From Octopus vulgaris (taxonomy: Eukaryota): DNA of 64,000 nucleotides. The DNA is taken from assembly GCA_951406725.2 (NCBI GenBank), contig OX597840.1, positions 12,214,001-12,278,000 of the forward strand, in the 5' to 3' direction. The notes under the pieces are model-generated. The model was given only the letters and a program-made list of their open reading frames with translations, was not told where the DNA came from and made no database searches. Positions 13,200-26,266 of the stretch are shown here, in pieces (position 1 is the stretch's first letter; each line of letters begins with the position of its first letter). The position numbers were made by a program, and so were the translations under genes.

Positions 13200-14982
13200 A
13201 TTCTCTTTTACTCTTTTACTTGTTTCAGTCATTTGACAGTGGCCATGCTGGAGCACCACCTTTAGTCAAGCAAATCGACCCCAGGGCTTATTCTTTGTAA
13301 GCCTAGTACTAATTCTATCGGTCTCTTTTGCCAAACCACTATATATATACATATACATATATATGATGGGCTTCTTTCAGTTTCCATCTACCAAATCCAC
13401 TCACAAGGTTTTGGTTGGCCCAAGGCTATAGTAGAAGACACTTGCCCAAGGTGCCACGCAGTGGGACTGAACACAGAACCATATGGTTTGTAAGCAAGCT
13501 ACTTACCACACAGCCACTGCTGAAATAAAAATTTTTTTTGTCTTTGGTCAGTAAGTGTTATTTCCTATTTACTTCAATCTAGAAATCAATGGAAATTACT
13601 ATTATTCCTTTCAAACTTTGCTTTTGTCACTTGAACATCAATATTTTAAAACTGACCTATTTTCCATTACATTTCAGAAAGATTCAGCGCTGAGTTGCTG
13701 AAGCAGAAATATCGTTATAGCAAATATTCTGCTCAATACCACAGATTTGCTTGTCAGTTGTTTGACCTTAACCCCTTCAGCATGTCCCTTAGTGGCTGAC
13801 AATATGTGCATGTCTGATCATGAGCAGGAGTAGTGGGGAAGGCATGTGATGAGAGAGATTCTTTGGGGTTTGAATAAATATAAGAAAAGTAAAGTTTGAA
13901 GGAAATATTAGCTATTTTTTCTTACTTTCTAAGGGTAAGCAAACGGGAAATAAGAGTTGCTACCCAAGGACAAAAAATATTGTTATAGCAAATATTCTGC
14001 TCAATATCACAGGTTTTGTTTGCCAGTTGTTTGACCGTGACCACTTGAGCATGTCCCTTAGTGGCTGACAATATGCACATCTCTGATGATGAGCAGGAGT
14101 ATTGGTGGAGCAATGCATAAGGTGGCGAGCTGGCAGAAACGTTAGCACGCCGGGCGAAATGCATAGCCGTATTTCGTCTACCGTTACGTTCCGAGTTCAA
14201 ATTCCGTCAAGGTCGACTTTGCCTTTCATCCTTTCAGGGTCGATTAAATAAGTACCAGTTATGCACTGGAGTCGATATAATCAACATAATCCATTTGTTT
14301 GTCCTCTCTGTGTTTGGCCCCTTGTGGGTAGTAAAGAAATAGGTGGAGCAATGTAGTCATGTGTTGAGAGGGATTCTTTGGGGGTTTGAATAAATGTAAC
14401 AAAAGCAAAGTTTGAAGGGAACATTAGCCATTTTTCATACTTTCTAGAGGTGTAACAGTTGCTGCCCAAGGATAAAAATCAGGTGCACACGGTGTTATTT
14501 TTTCCCCTTTCATAACATATCATTTTAGCAGTTTGCCAAAAGAGTCCAACAGAATAGGGACCAGTTTAAAAGAAAAATATAGATATATAGGCGCAGGAGT
14601 GGCTGTGTTGTAAGTAGCTTGTTTACCAACCACATGGTTCCGGGTTCAGTCCCACTGCGTGACACCTTGGGCAAGTGTCTTCTACTATAGCCTCGGGCTG
14701 ACCAAAGCCTTGTGAGTGGATTTGGTAGGCGGAAACTGAAAGAAGCCCGTGGTATATATGTATATGTATATATGCGCGCGCGCGCATGTGTGTGTGTGTG
14801 TGTTTGTCCCCCTAGCATTGCTTGACAACCGATGCTGGTGTGTTTACGTCCCTGTTACTTAGCGGTTCGGCAAAAGAGACCCATAGAATAAGTACTGGGC
14901 TTACAAAATAATAAGTCCTGGGGTCGAGTTGCTCGATTAAAGGCGGTACTCCAGCATGGCCGCAGTCAAATGACTGAAATAA

Positions 14983-15013
<31 letters not shown>

Positions 15014-15600
15014 TACTGGAGCCAATTTGTCAGACTAAACCCTTCAAGGTGATGCCCCAGCTTGACCACAATCCAATGTCTAAAATGATAAAAAAAGCCA
15101 TAACTATATACAGCACAAAATATTTTGTCTGGTGCTCTACTGATTTTGTGAATTCACTATTCTGACATGGTTTTAGTAATACAGCAATTAATTATGGAAT
15201 GAAACAGAATATATATGCGTAGGAGTGGCTGTGTGGTAAGTAGCTTGCTAACCAGCCACATGGTTTCGGGTTCAGTCCCACTGCATGGCATCTTGGGCAA
15301 GTGTCTTCTACTATAGCCCCGGGCCAACCAATGCTTTGTGAGTGGATTTGGTAGACGGAAACTGAAAGAAGCCTGTCGTATATATGTATATATATATGTA
15401 TGTGTGTCTGTGTTTGTCCCCCTAGCATTGCTTGACAACCGATGCTGGTGTGTTTACGTCCCCATCACTTATCAGTTCCGCAAAAGAGACCGATGGAATA
15501 AGTACTGGGCTTACATAGAATAAGACACGAGGTCGATTTGCTCGACTAAAGGCGGTGCTCCAGCATGGCCGCAGTCAAATGACTGAAACAAGTAAAAGAG
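13200..15600. mobile_element. Family-A SINEs (13200-13520 -, 14589-14990 +, 15217-15600 +) around the duplicated MITE/SINE-B composite (13520-14500)
   Basis: Consensus matches to the other copies in the window. Confidence 0.85.
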
Positions 15601-15852
15601 AGTATATATAGATGTGTTATAATTAGGTAAATATTTTAATGGTTGTAATTAGTTTTTCCTTGTCTTTCAGGTAGATTATAATAAAATATATTTAAATAAT
15701 TATAAATAATTATAAAAATAACACCTGATAATACCTGATAACACCTGAAAATATCTACTTTTTATGGTTAATTAAGATTACAATTAGATTGCTATACTGA
15801 ACCAATTTAGTCAAGTTTTCATATATTTTTACATTATTTCCTTATGTGTGTA

Positions 15853-15897
<45 letters not shown>

Positions 15898-16333
15898 TTA
15901 TATAAATACTAACAACATTCATAAACGAATAAGCACACATATGTATGTACACACACAAGCATACACACATAGAAACACACATGCACACACACACATACAC
16001 ATAGAGACACATTTATACATGTAAACACACACAAACACACATACACGTCTATAATATATGCATATACACAATGTTAGCCAAGCATACACCTCATTGTTAA
16101 GTCATACACACATATAAATACACACACACACACACACACACACACTTCTTTTATATTTGTTTTGCATTTTCTTGTGTTCTTTATTGTATTTGTTTGTTTC
16201 TTTCTTTCAGATGACCGAGATGATAAGATGTTGATATTTAGAAATAACATCAGTGTGTCACAATTGATTCAAGTCTTCAACAGTTCCTTGCTCATATTTA
16301 ATCTCTACTCTACCGCCGTCAGTACTAAAAGAC

Positions 16334-16588
16334 ATGGCACCGCAGCATTCTGCCACAGTCAGATATTTTCATGTATTGTATCTCATCCTGCTTCCTTTCT
16401 GCGAAGGATTCTCCATTGACCATACACTCATAGAAGGAAATGTTGGAGGCAAAATAGCTGAAACTGTTGTGATCCTTGTAAAATCTCAGAATATTTTGAT
16501 GGAAGATTATTCTTTCCTCCGCAGACTGGCAGCTGTCCAAAGTAACGATGGTATACCATTCACTCCTGATAAAGGTGGCATCTGGAGG
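16334..16588 (+). CDS. Secreted lysozyme-like/chitin-binding protein, coding exon 1 (signal peptide and start of the lysozyme/SLT-like domain)
   Basis: Acceptor tttctttcag| at 16210. ATG at 16334 gives MAPQHSATVRYFHVLYLILLPFCEG-FS (signal-peptide-like) ... FLRRLAAVQSNDG...GGIWR, then donor |gtaagg, phase 0. Confidence 0.85.
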
Positions 16589-16640
16589 GTAAGGTTCTAT
16601 AATCTTTTCTGTTTCTTTGTTTCTACTTTCCTTCTTTCTC

Positions 16641-16716
<76 letters not shown>

Positions 16717-17319
16717 TGTCGTCTGTTTTTCTGCCTTTCCTTCCTTCCTTTCTTCCTTCATTCCTTCGTTTGTTCCCTTTTTCCTTCCTTTAAACTTTGA
16801 AATAGATTATGACTGAACAAAAAATGTGTGGCACCTTGGGCAAGTATCTTCTGCTGTAGCCCCAGGCTGACCGAAGCCTTGTGAGTGGATTTGGAAGACG
16901 GAAACTGAATATATATGTATATATATTTATGTGTGTTTGTGTCTGTGTTTGTCTCCCCACCATGACTTGACAACCGATGTTAGTGTGTTTATGTCCCCGT
17001 AACTTAGTGGTTTGGCAAAGGAGACAGATAGACTAAGTACTAGGCTTACAAAGAATAAGTCCTGAGGTCAATTTGTTTCACCAAAATCCTTAAAGGCAGT
17101 GCTCCAGCATGGCTGCAGTCAAATAACTGAAATATGTAAAAGAATAAAAGAGAAAAATAAAATAAAGAAGAGAGTCTCAAGTTTTCCCATCTGGGGTACC
17201 CCTTTCCCATCTGGGGTACCCAGGTGGTGTTGGGGTACCTCATGTGAAGAATATAACATAAAATCTTTGTATACTAGAAAACAGACAATAGAAGTGTATT
17301 ATCTATTACTATTATTTTA

Positions 17320-17650
17320 TTCTATTGTGTCTGGAGAGAGTCATTTTCTTTTTGTGCCTTATTATGTAACACACTCGCCGGTAAAATTTCCACTATTTTC
17401 TTATTTTTTATTGTCCAAAAATTTTCGCGTTTTGCAACCTTTTCAATAGTCTTGACTATTGAAAAGGTTGCAAGATGCAACGAAAATTTTAGGACAATAA
17501 AAAATAAGAAAATAGTGGAAATTTTACCGGTGAGTGTGTTACATTATAAGGCACAAAAAGAAAATGACTCTCTCCAGACACAACAGAATATGCTTCAACA
17601 CACGAACTCATATAAAGGATCTTGCAAACCAAATCCCAAAACGAAATATT
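17320..17650. mobile_element. Penelope-like pLTR hairpin (arms about 17320-17451 / 17454-17589)
   Basis: Near-perfect palindrome with a 2-nt loop; same family as 11040-11211. Confidence 0.7.
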
Positions 17651-17865
17651 ATTTTATTCTTTTACTTGTTTCAGTCATTTGACTGAAACCATAAGAGGTT
17701 TTAGTTGAAGAAATTGACCCCAGGACTTATTCTTTGTAAGCCTAGTACTTATTTTATCAGTCTCTATTGATGAACTGCTAAGTTACAGGGATATAAACAC
17801 ACCAACATCAGTTGTCAAATGATGGTGGGGGAGACAAACACAGCCACGACACAAATATATATATA

Positions 17866-18781
17866 CAGGGTGCAGTAAATAAACTGTCATCTAAATTATG
17901 CAAAAATGGAAATAACACTCATATCTCAATTTAACAGATATATTTACCAAAATTACATAAAAATATCTTGAAATTCTAAAGAGTAAATTTATTCCATGAA
18001 ATCGCCATTGGTTTCAACCATGGCCTACAAACGACTTTGGAATCCCCTGCAACTCTTCTTGATGGTCTCCTTGTTTAACTTGATGAATCTGGCCATAATC
18101 CTTGCCTTCAGTTCATCTTTGGTGTTACAAGGAGTTTTGTTGGTCTCTCGCTCAACTTAAATCCGAAACACAATGGGGTTGCAATCTGGGAAGTTCCGTG
18201 GCCAGATGGTAGGGGTGATGTGGATGCAGAAATTGTCTGACAGCCATGACTAGGTTCTCCTGCTTGTGTGGCATGGAGCAGAGTCCTGTTGCCAAACATA
18301 GGGTCTTCCATCAGCCGCCCTCTTTACCCAGGGCAGCACTACCTCCTCCAGGCACTTGATGTAGGCCTCTGTGTCGAGTCAGAGGCTGTGTGGGAAGATG
18401 AATGGAACCATAATGTCACCTTCACTTGTTATCACTCCAAACATGATGATGTTGACTGGATGTTTGATTTTTATCACTCTCGGTCCATGTCCTCAGATTG
18501 ACACCCAAACACTCTGAAATGTTCCTATTGGAACTTCCAGTGCAAATGCCAAGTGGCACAGCGTGTCGTTTTCAAATTTCTGGCAGAGTGAATTGTGTCA
18601 TGATGCTGTTTTTCTCACAGGACTCTGTCGAGGCCCCACGATTGGAATGAGTACACTTCAAATACCAGGTATTGGGGTCAATATAACCAAAATACTGTGT
18701 AGTTGACAGAATCAAAATCAAACAATATGCATGCACGAAATAAAAAATATAAAATGGCGACAATTTACCCATTGCACCCTG
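17866..18781 (-). mobile_element. Internally deleted maT-like (DD37D-type) Tc1/mariner transposon inserted in a family-A SINE
   Basis: TA|CAGGGTGCA...TGCACCCTG|TA termini. Minus strand reads, with stops, KHPVNIIMFGVITSEGDIMVPFIF...YIKCLEEVVLPW...YVWQQDSAPCHTS...IWPRNFPDCNP. Spacing after the second D fits D37D, but the third Asp is not retained. Confidence 0.82.
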
Positions 18782-20074
18782 TATATATGTATATATACAT
18801 ACACACACACACATATATATATACATATACACATGCACACATACACACACATATACGACAGGTTTCTTTCAGTTTCCATCTACCAAATCCACTACATGGC
18901 CTTGGTATAGTATATATTTGCCCAAGGTGCCACACAGTGGGTCTGAACCTGGAACCATGTCGTTGGGAAGTAAGCTTCTTACCACACAGCCAATTTAAAG
19001 AGCTCAAATCCCACCACGATCAGCTTTGCCTTTTATCACTCTGGGGTGGATAAAATAAAGTACCAGGTATTGGGGTCAATATAACCAACTGCTCCATTCC
19101 CTCAAATTTCTGGTTCTGTCTGTCCCAATTAGTTGTTACATCTTTAATGAGAGGGACTTGCTTGGTGCTTTCTGACCAGGAACTTAATTCTAGACATAGT
19201 TTCAGAGAGACTCTCCTGTCTATCATTCATAATTTTTGCATGAAATTTAGTTTTGATTTGAAAAGAGGTGGGGCAAAAAGAGTAATTTTTGATTTTCTTA
19301 TTTTCTTTCTACTTATTTTGAAATCATTACATTGCAAGATTGAATCATCATTTTGCACTGTGGCATCATCTTTAGGAGTAAAAATTGGTCAGCATAGTTG
19401 TTATTGTTGAAGTTGAGAAAGTTTGGAATATAGTCAGGTGACAGGTACATTTTTTTGAAAAGATTTTTCCTCAACTTTGCCCTGAGGCTGCTAATAAAAT
19501 ATCTGTATAGTTTTTGGTGTTTAACATTAAATATTCTTTTCTCTGTTGGATTCCAAGTTTGATTTGATAATAGTCAATGCAAAAAAGAAACAAAAAAAAA
19601 CAAACAAAACTTAAGGTGGGGCAAAATGAGTAATCACTAATTTTAATAATTTCTTTTTTTTTTACCTGTATGGTGCATAAATAGCATAAATATATCAGGA
19701 AGGGAGCCACTCGAGCAGATCGTGAAGAAGCTATAACTTATATTTTATGCTGAAATTTTATGCATTTTTCTTTGATCCTCTTTCATTATTTGCTCTAGAT
19801 ATCTGAAATTTTTGTAGCTTTTCTGATATTTCTGATGCCTAAGGATGGATATTGATGTGTTTGAGTCTTATTTAAAAATGTAATTCTAAGGAGTTCAAGA
19901 AGGAAATTTACCTTATCTGTCCTTACTTATTTTGCCCCGTATAAATTTGTCTTTTTATGCTGAAAGGGAACGGAGTTAATTTTTCTGAAATAATGATCTG
20001 AATATAGTGTTTTTAATGCATTTAAAGAAGGCTATTTGCTTAGCTGATATAGTTTTTGCAAGGTAGTGAACATA

Positions 20075-21405
20075 GGGCGCAGGAGTGGCTGTGTGGTAAG
20101 TAGCTTGCTTACCAACCACATGGTTCTAGGTTCAGTCCCACTATGTGGCACCTTGGGCAAGTGTCTTCTAGTATAGCCTCAGGTTGACCAAAGCCTTGTG
20201 AGTGGATTTGGTAGACGGAAACTGAAAGAAGCCCGTCGTATATATGTATATATGTGTGTTTGTGTGTCTGTCCCCCCAACATCGCATGATAACCAATGCT
20301 GGTGTGTTTACATCCCTGTAACTTAGCGGTTTGGCAAAAGAGACCGACAGAATAAGGACTAGGCTTACAAAAGAATAAGTCCCGGGGTCGATTTGTGCGT
20401 GTATGTTTGTGTGTCTGTGTTTGTCACCCTAGCATCGCTTGACAACCGATGCTGGTGTGTTTACGTCCCAGTCACTTAGAGGTTCGGCAAAAGAGACCGA
20501 TAGAATAAGTACTGGGCTTACAAAGAATAAGTCCCGGGGTCGATTTGCTCGACTAAAAGCGGTGCTCCAGCATGGCCACAGTCAAATGACTGAAACAAGT
20601 AAAAGAGTATTTGTAAAAATTATATTTATTCTCAAAGTAAATATTACTCATTGTGCCCCGCCCATCCTTTATAATCATTGCTAAGAAAATATTTCCCCAA
20701 ATTATTAGTTCAATCCAGCATCAGCCGAATCATCTTGATTTCAGGATCCTTTCATATTTATTGGGTGTTTTTGAGGAGGAAATGTGATTCTAAATTTATT
20801 TATCGAGCAAAAGAGTACTTGTGGTGGTGACCCCTTCGGTCAGACACTGACCATGGGTTTGCATCTAGAGAGTTACCCTCTGAGGCACAAGTCTGGGCAA
20901 GGTTGTTTTTTTTTTTTTTATGGAAGACCGGCAGTCGCCCATGCATACCGGCCTCCCCTCTCCACGTCACCGATGTTGTCCAAGGGAAAGGCAACAGCCG
21001 ATACAGCTTGGCACCTGTGACGTCGCAACTCATTTCTACAGCTGAGTGAACTGGAGCAACGTGAAATAAAGTGTCTTGCTCAAGAACACAACACGCAGCC
21101 CGGTCCGGGATTCAAGCTCACAACCTCATGATCGTAAGCTCGACGCTCTAACCACTGAGCCACGCGTCTTCACACAAAGAGTACTTATTAGATGAATAAA
21201 GTATACGCAAGGAAATTAAGACATAACATGTAAGAAAAATTACAAGCACAAGGGTGGCTGTGTGATGAGAAGTTTACTTCCCAACCACAAGGTTCTGGGT
21301 TCAGTCCCATGTGTGGCACCTTGGGTTAGTATCTTCTTCTATAACCTCGGGCTGGCCAAAGCGTTGTGAGTGGATTTGGTAGACAGAAACTGTCGTACAC
21401 ATACA

Positions 21406-21492
<87 letters not shown>

Positions 21493-21672
21493 GTGTGTGT
21501 ATGTGTCTTTGTGTCTGTGTTTATGTCCTCATAACTTAGCAGTTTAGTAAAAGAGACCAATGGAATAAATTCAAGACTTTAAAAAATTATAAGTACTAAG
21601 GTTGATTTATTCAACGAAAATATTCTTCAAGGTGGTGCCCCAGCATGGCCACAGTCTCCCGACTGAAACAAG
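20075..21672. mobile_element. SINE cluster: family A (20075-20608 +, tail partly duplicated), family D (20825-21173 -), family A (21248-21672 +)
   Basis: Consensus matches to the other copies. Confidence 0.85.
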
Positions 21673-21957
21673 GAGATGATAATAACAAAATGATAAACTG
21701 AGAATCAAATGTGTAAATATTCGTTTCTACTCTAGGCACCACTAAGGGTAGGTGTTACTGTAGTTTTTAGCCCCAGGAGATCATCGTCTCCAGCTGGCTT
21801 TAGGCACACTTTCTGTGCCTAAAATAATAGCATAATAGAAATGGTAAGAAATGGTAAAAAAAGTCAATTTCAAGGTGATAGCCATAAGCCATGGGATTAC
21901 GTCTTGTGGTAAAGAAAGTCACTTTCAGGAGTAATTTCCACAGGTTATGAGAGTTAC

Positions 21958-22185
21958 TTATAATAATAAAAATGAAATTATTGTATACAGTGCTCAGGTG
22001 CACCACAACTTGTCAGAAAGTGCCTATAAAGTACATGCAGTAATGTACAAATGTCTGGAAAGCAAACAGTGTATGAGTCAGATACATGCTTGTGTGTGTA
22101 TGGAGGGGAGAAAATCAAGTGTAGTGTTGGCGAATCTCAGGAAGCATGGAAGTTTTGAAGGATGCAGTGCTCCGACAACTAACAT
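21958..22185 (-). mobile_element. Short CR1 LINE 3' end
   Basis: Homologous to 4826-4965 (ACAGTGCTCAGGTGCAC..., GCATG...AAGGATGCAGTG), with a (TAA) tail. Confidence 0.7.
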
Positions 22186-22513
22186 CCTAGTTCAATTTTA
22201 CTGGGAGAAATAGCGAGGGTAAGGCATTGTGGAGTGAGTTTAATGGGATGGTCCATATCACAGGGGTCAAAAGTTAGAGGCTAACTGCTATTTAATAGAG
22301 CATCACAGAAAAAAAAAACGACAAAGGTAACTTAATGTGAACTTGTTTGGGGAAATCAGTAGAAAAGTATATCAATGAAAGAATAATTTGGGTAAAACCT
22401 GAGTACGATGTTATTACTTATTAAGAAAAGCCTCATCCTAATACCCCTATGAAGAATAGGGGGAGGCCGTAGTTAATCCTACAACTTAATTGGTCTGCTA
22501 ATATTTGAAAAGT

Positions 22514-22825
22514 GGAGGTGCAATGGCCCAGTGGTTAGGGCAGTAGACTTGCAGTCGGAGGATCATGGTTTCGATTCCCAGACCGGGCGTTGTGTGTGTT
22601 TATTGAGTGAAAACACTTAAAGCTCCACGAGGCTCCTGCAGGGGGTGGTGGCGATCCCTGTTGTACTCTTTCCCCCCAACTTTCTCTCACTCTTTCTTCC
22701 TGTTTCTTGAGTAATGCTGCGATAGACTGGCATCCTATGCAGCAGGGGGGAACACATACACCACAGAAACCGGGAAACAGGGCCCATGAGCCTGGTTAGG
22801 CTTAAAAAGGGCGCATAAAAAAAGA
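22514..22825 (+). mobile_element. Family-C SINE head with an alternative 3' tail
   Basis: Same head as 10028, but after ...CTTCCTGTTTCT it switches to a tail ending GAGCCTGGTTAGGCTT..AAGGGCGCATAAAA; same structure at 32379-32660. Confidence 0.8.
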
Positions 22826-23271
22826 AATATTTGAAAACAAGGGCATTTGTTCAGGTCTGATAATTCTATCAATAAAATTCAAGAAAAATAAAAACCTTGA
22901 AATTGACTTTTTTCATCAGTTGTTGGCTGTCTATCTACTCCTCATTTCAAGCATTCAATGACAATACACACACACACACACACACATATGAATCTGTGTG
23001 TGTGTTTTTGTCTTTTTGCCTGTGTTTGTTCCCCCACCATTGCTTGACAGCCGATTATGACTGATAGAATAAGTACCAGGCTTAAAAAAAAAAAATAGGA
23101 ACAAATGTTCTGGGGTTGATTAATTTGACTAAAATTTTTCATGATTGAAACAAGCAAAAGTTGTACACACACGCATGTGCACACACACACACACACACAC
23201 ACACACGCTCACAAACAAACACACACACACACACACACAAACACAAACACAAACACACACACACACATGCA

Positions 23272-23306
<35 letters not shown>

Positions 23307-23596
23307 GCACACAAACACACATACACACACACACATACACACGTTAACAAACAAACACACACACACACAAACACAAACAAACACAAACACACACACACAC
23401 ACAAACACACATACACACACTCAGTTTCTGTCTATGAAATCCACTCACATGGCTTTGGTTGGTTCAGACCTATATGTAGAAGACACTTGCCCTAAATTTC
23501 ACAAAGTGGGATTGAACTCAGAACCATGTGGCTGTGAAGCAGACTTCTTACCACACAACCTCACTAACACCAATTAAATCTATCCAATTATTCTAG

Positions 23597-23876
23597 GTTA
23601 CCACTGACCAACTCGAGACTGTCCAAGAGGCATGTGGTAAAAGCCTATTGTCTTACTGCAATATCGGTCAAGAAAGATTCAATGTGGAAATGGTATCAGC
23701 CAATTACACAGAACTGGACAAGCCATTGTATTCTGGCTACGCCATGGCCCTCTACCTATTGACCCTCGGTGATATTATACCAATGAATTTGACCGACCAA
23801 GCAGAATATTGGAAGAAATTTATTGTACCTGAAGGAAATGTCACCACTTTTATACAAAATACTAACATTCCAGAAG
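23597..23876 (+). CDS. Secreted lysozyme-like/chitin-binding protein, coding exon 2
   Basis: Acceptor ttctag|, phase 0, in frame with exon 1: VTTDQLETVQEAC...LDKPLYSGYAMALYLL...IPMNLTDQAEYWKKF...NIPE-G; donor |gtaag, phase 1. Confidence 0.85.
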
Positions 23877-24531
23877 GTAAGAAAACTACCGAAAGATCTT
23901 TATTGTTGTTGTTAAACCTCTTGTCTTTTATCTTTTACTTGTTTCAGTCATCAGACTGTGGCCATGCAGGAGCATCACCCTGAAGAATGAATTGACTGCA
24001 GAGCTTTTTTTTTTTTTAAGCTTGGTACTTATTTTATCAGTAACATATTGAATACTGGTTCAATTTACTATATACTGTCTGGGTATTATTAATGTAAACA
24101 CCCAAGGCAGTGAGCTGGCAGAATCATTAGCACGCTGGGCAAAATGCTGAGCGGTATTTCGTCTGCCGTTATGTTCCGAGTTCAAATTCTGCCGAGGTCG
24201 ACTTTACCTTTCATCTTTTTGGGGTCGATTAAATAAGTACCAGTTATGCACTGGGGTTGATATAATCAAGTTAATCTGTTTGTCTGTCCTTGTTTGTCCT
24301 CTCTGTGTTTAGCTTCTTGTGGGTAGTAAAGAAATAGGTATTTTGTCTGTCTTTAATTTCTGAGTTCAAATTCCGCTGAGGTCGACTTTGCCTTTCATCC
24401 TTTCGGGGTCGATATAATCGACTGACTCTTCTCTCTCAAAATTTCAGGCCTTGTGCCTAGAGTAGAAAAGAATGTCTTACTCTTATTGATTGAATTATTT
24501 TGGCTTTCCTTTTTTCTTCTTTCCATTTCAG

Positions 24532-24908
24532 TGCCGGACCAATGTAGAAAATCCGAAGACACACCAAGGAATGAAGTGGAATCTTACTGTTTATTCCAGT
24601 CACCGTGTACAAGAGAAGCGATTGCACTCAAAATATATTTCTTTGCTCATTCAGATCCGACGAGATTCATTCGGTGTACGGAATGGGGAGCTAGTTTCAT
24701 TCAAATCTGTGTTCCTGGCACCGTATGGTCTCAAATGAATGTTACATGTTTACACAAGGCAGGAAGTTTTATCTTTAGACGCAAAAAAGGTGGAGGAACC
24801 AAGGACAAGCATTATCTCAACAATGCATCTCATATTTTCTCTGCTTTACTTCCTTGCTTAATGTTCTGTCTTCTTCAAGCATTCATCTTAAATAAGAGTT
24901 TCTTCTAA
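24532..24908 (+). CDS. Secreted lysozyme-like/chitin-binding protein, coding exon 3 (CBM14/peritrophin-A-like domain and GPI-like tail)
   Basis: Long polypyrimidine acceptor ttccatttcag|; phase 1 matches exon 2. Six Cys including SPCT...HSDPTRFIRCTEWG...ICVPGTVWSQMNVTC; ends NNAS + hydrophobic HIFSALLPCLMFCLLQAFIL and TAA. Spliced CDS is 912 nt, 303 aa. Confidence 0.82.
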
Positions 24909-24968
24909 ACATCCTGCAGCAATTTGTCTACTTTTAAGGTATACCTACATACAAGTGCACCCACCATA

Positions 24969-25560
24969 AACTTTGTTTCCTCATAACTTTCTGAAAAATG
25001 CATTTTTTTTTTATGAAATTTTCTACAAAAACCTTTCAGATAGTGTTGATTCTCATTATAATGGAATTTATTGCAGAAAATGTTTTTGGAGGGGCAGGGA
25101 GTGGAGTTTTGGATAATTCATACAAGTCAACTTTGTTTCCTCATAACTTTCAGAAAAATAGGTATTTTTTAATGAGTTTTTTAAGAAATACCTTTCAGAG
25201 AGTGTTGGTTCTCATTATAATGGAATTTGTCATGGAAAGTGTTTCTTCATGGGGTAGGGAGAGGAGTTTTGGATAATTCATACAAGTCAACTTTGTTTCC
25301 TCATAACTTTCAGAAAAACAGGTATTTTTTAATGAGTTTTTTAAGAAATACCTTTCAGATAGCGTTGGTTCTCATTATAATGGAATTTGTCATGGAAAGT
25401 GTTTCTGGATGGGGTAAGGAGAGGAGTTTTGGATAATTCATACAAGTCAAATTTGTTTCCTCATAACTTTCAGAAAAGTAGATATCTTTTGAAGGAATTT
25501 TCTACGAATAGCTTTCAGATGGTATAGATTACAATTATACCAGAAATTAATGTGAAAAAA
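24969..25560. repeat. 160-bp tandem repeat, about 3.5 units
   Basis: AA(C/A)TTTGTTTCCTCATAACTTT recurs at 24969, 25129, 25289 and 25449; diverged inverted homolog near 29420-29540. Confidence 0.9.
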
Positions 25561-25661
25561 GAAATTAGTGGATATGAACATATATATACTGACACACATC
25601 ATGTATATATTTGCAAAATGAAACTTGAAGTTTTGAACAAAATTGTGACGTGTGTCAATAG

Positions 25662-25873
25662 AAGGGGTACTGACAAATTCCTGCCTTCAAGGGTTTTGTG
25701 AAAGGTCTGGTTGGAGGCTGAACTTTCCAAGTTCTTTTACAGGGTTTAGAAAAACTGAAGGACCACTGCAAAAATGTGTGAATCTGAGAGGGGAATTATA
25801 TTGAACAAAATCCTAATGAACTGATCCTCCTGTATTTTCTTTTACTCAAAGCCAGGAACTTTTCAGCATCCCC
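25662..25873. mobile_element. Mariner-type MITE
   Basis: Imperfect TIRs GGGGTACTGACAAATTCCTG / CAGGAACTTTTCAGCATCCCC; partial second copy at 28030-28120. Confidence 0.6.
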
Positions 25874-25924
25874 GTGTGTGTGTGTGTGTGTGTGTGTATG
25901 TATATATATATATAAATATATATA

Positions 25925-26229
25925 TAATAATAAATATTAGGGAATAAATCCAAATTTACAGGGAAAAATCAGATTTAGGATTGAATCCAATTTTATAGTA
26001 AAATATTATATTATATTAAATTAGAGACAAAACCACTATTATGCAAATCAAACAAAGAAAGACTTAAGCCAATGCATAAAATAATTTATATAAATTAAAA
26101 TTTAACAATAATAAAAATAATAATTTTTATTATTGTTAAATTTTAATTTACATAAATTATTTTATGTATTGGCTTAAGTCTTTCTTTGTTTGATTTGCAT
26201 AATGGTGGTTTTGTCTCTAATTTAATATA

Positions 26230-26266
<37 letters not shown>

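Noticed and set aside
16538-16540. Idea that A-to-I editing restores the catalytic Glu at Q69
   Set aside because: The codon is CAA; A-to-I gives CGA/CGG (Arg) or CAG (Gln), never GAA.
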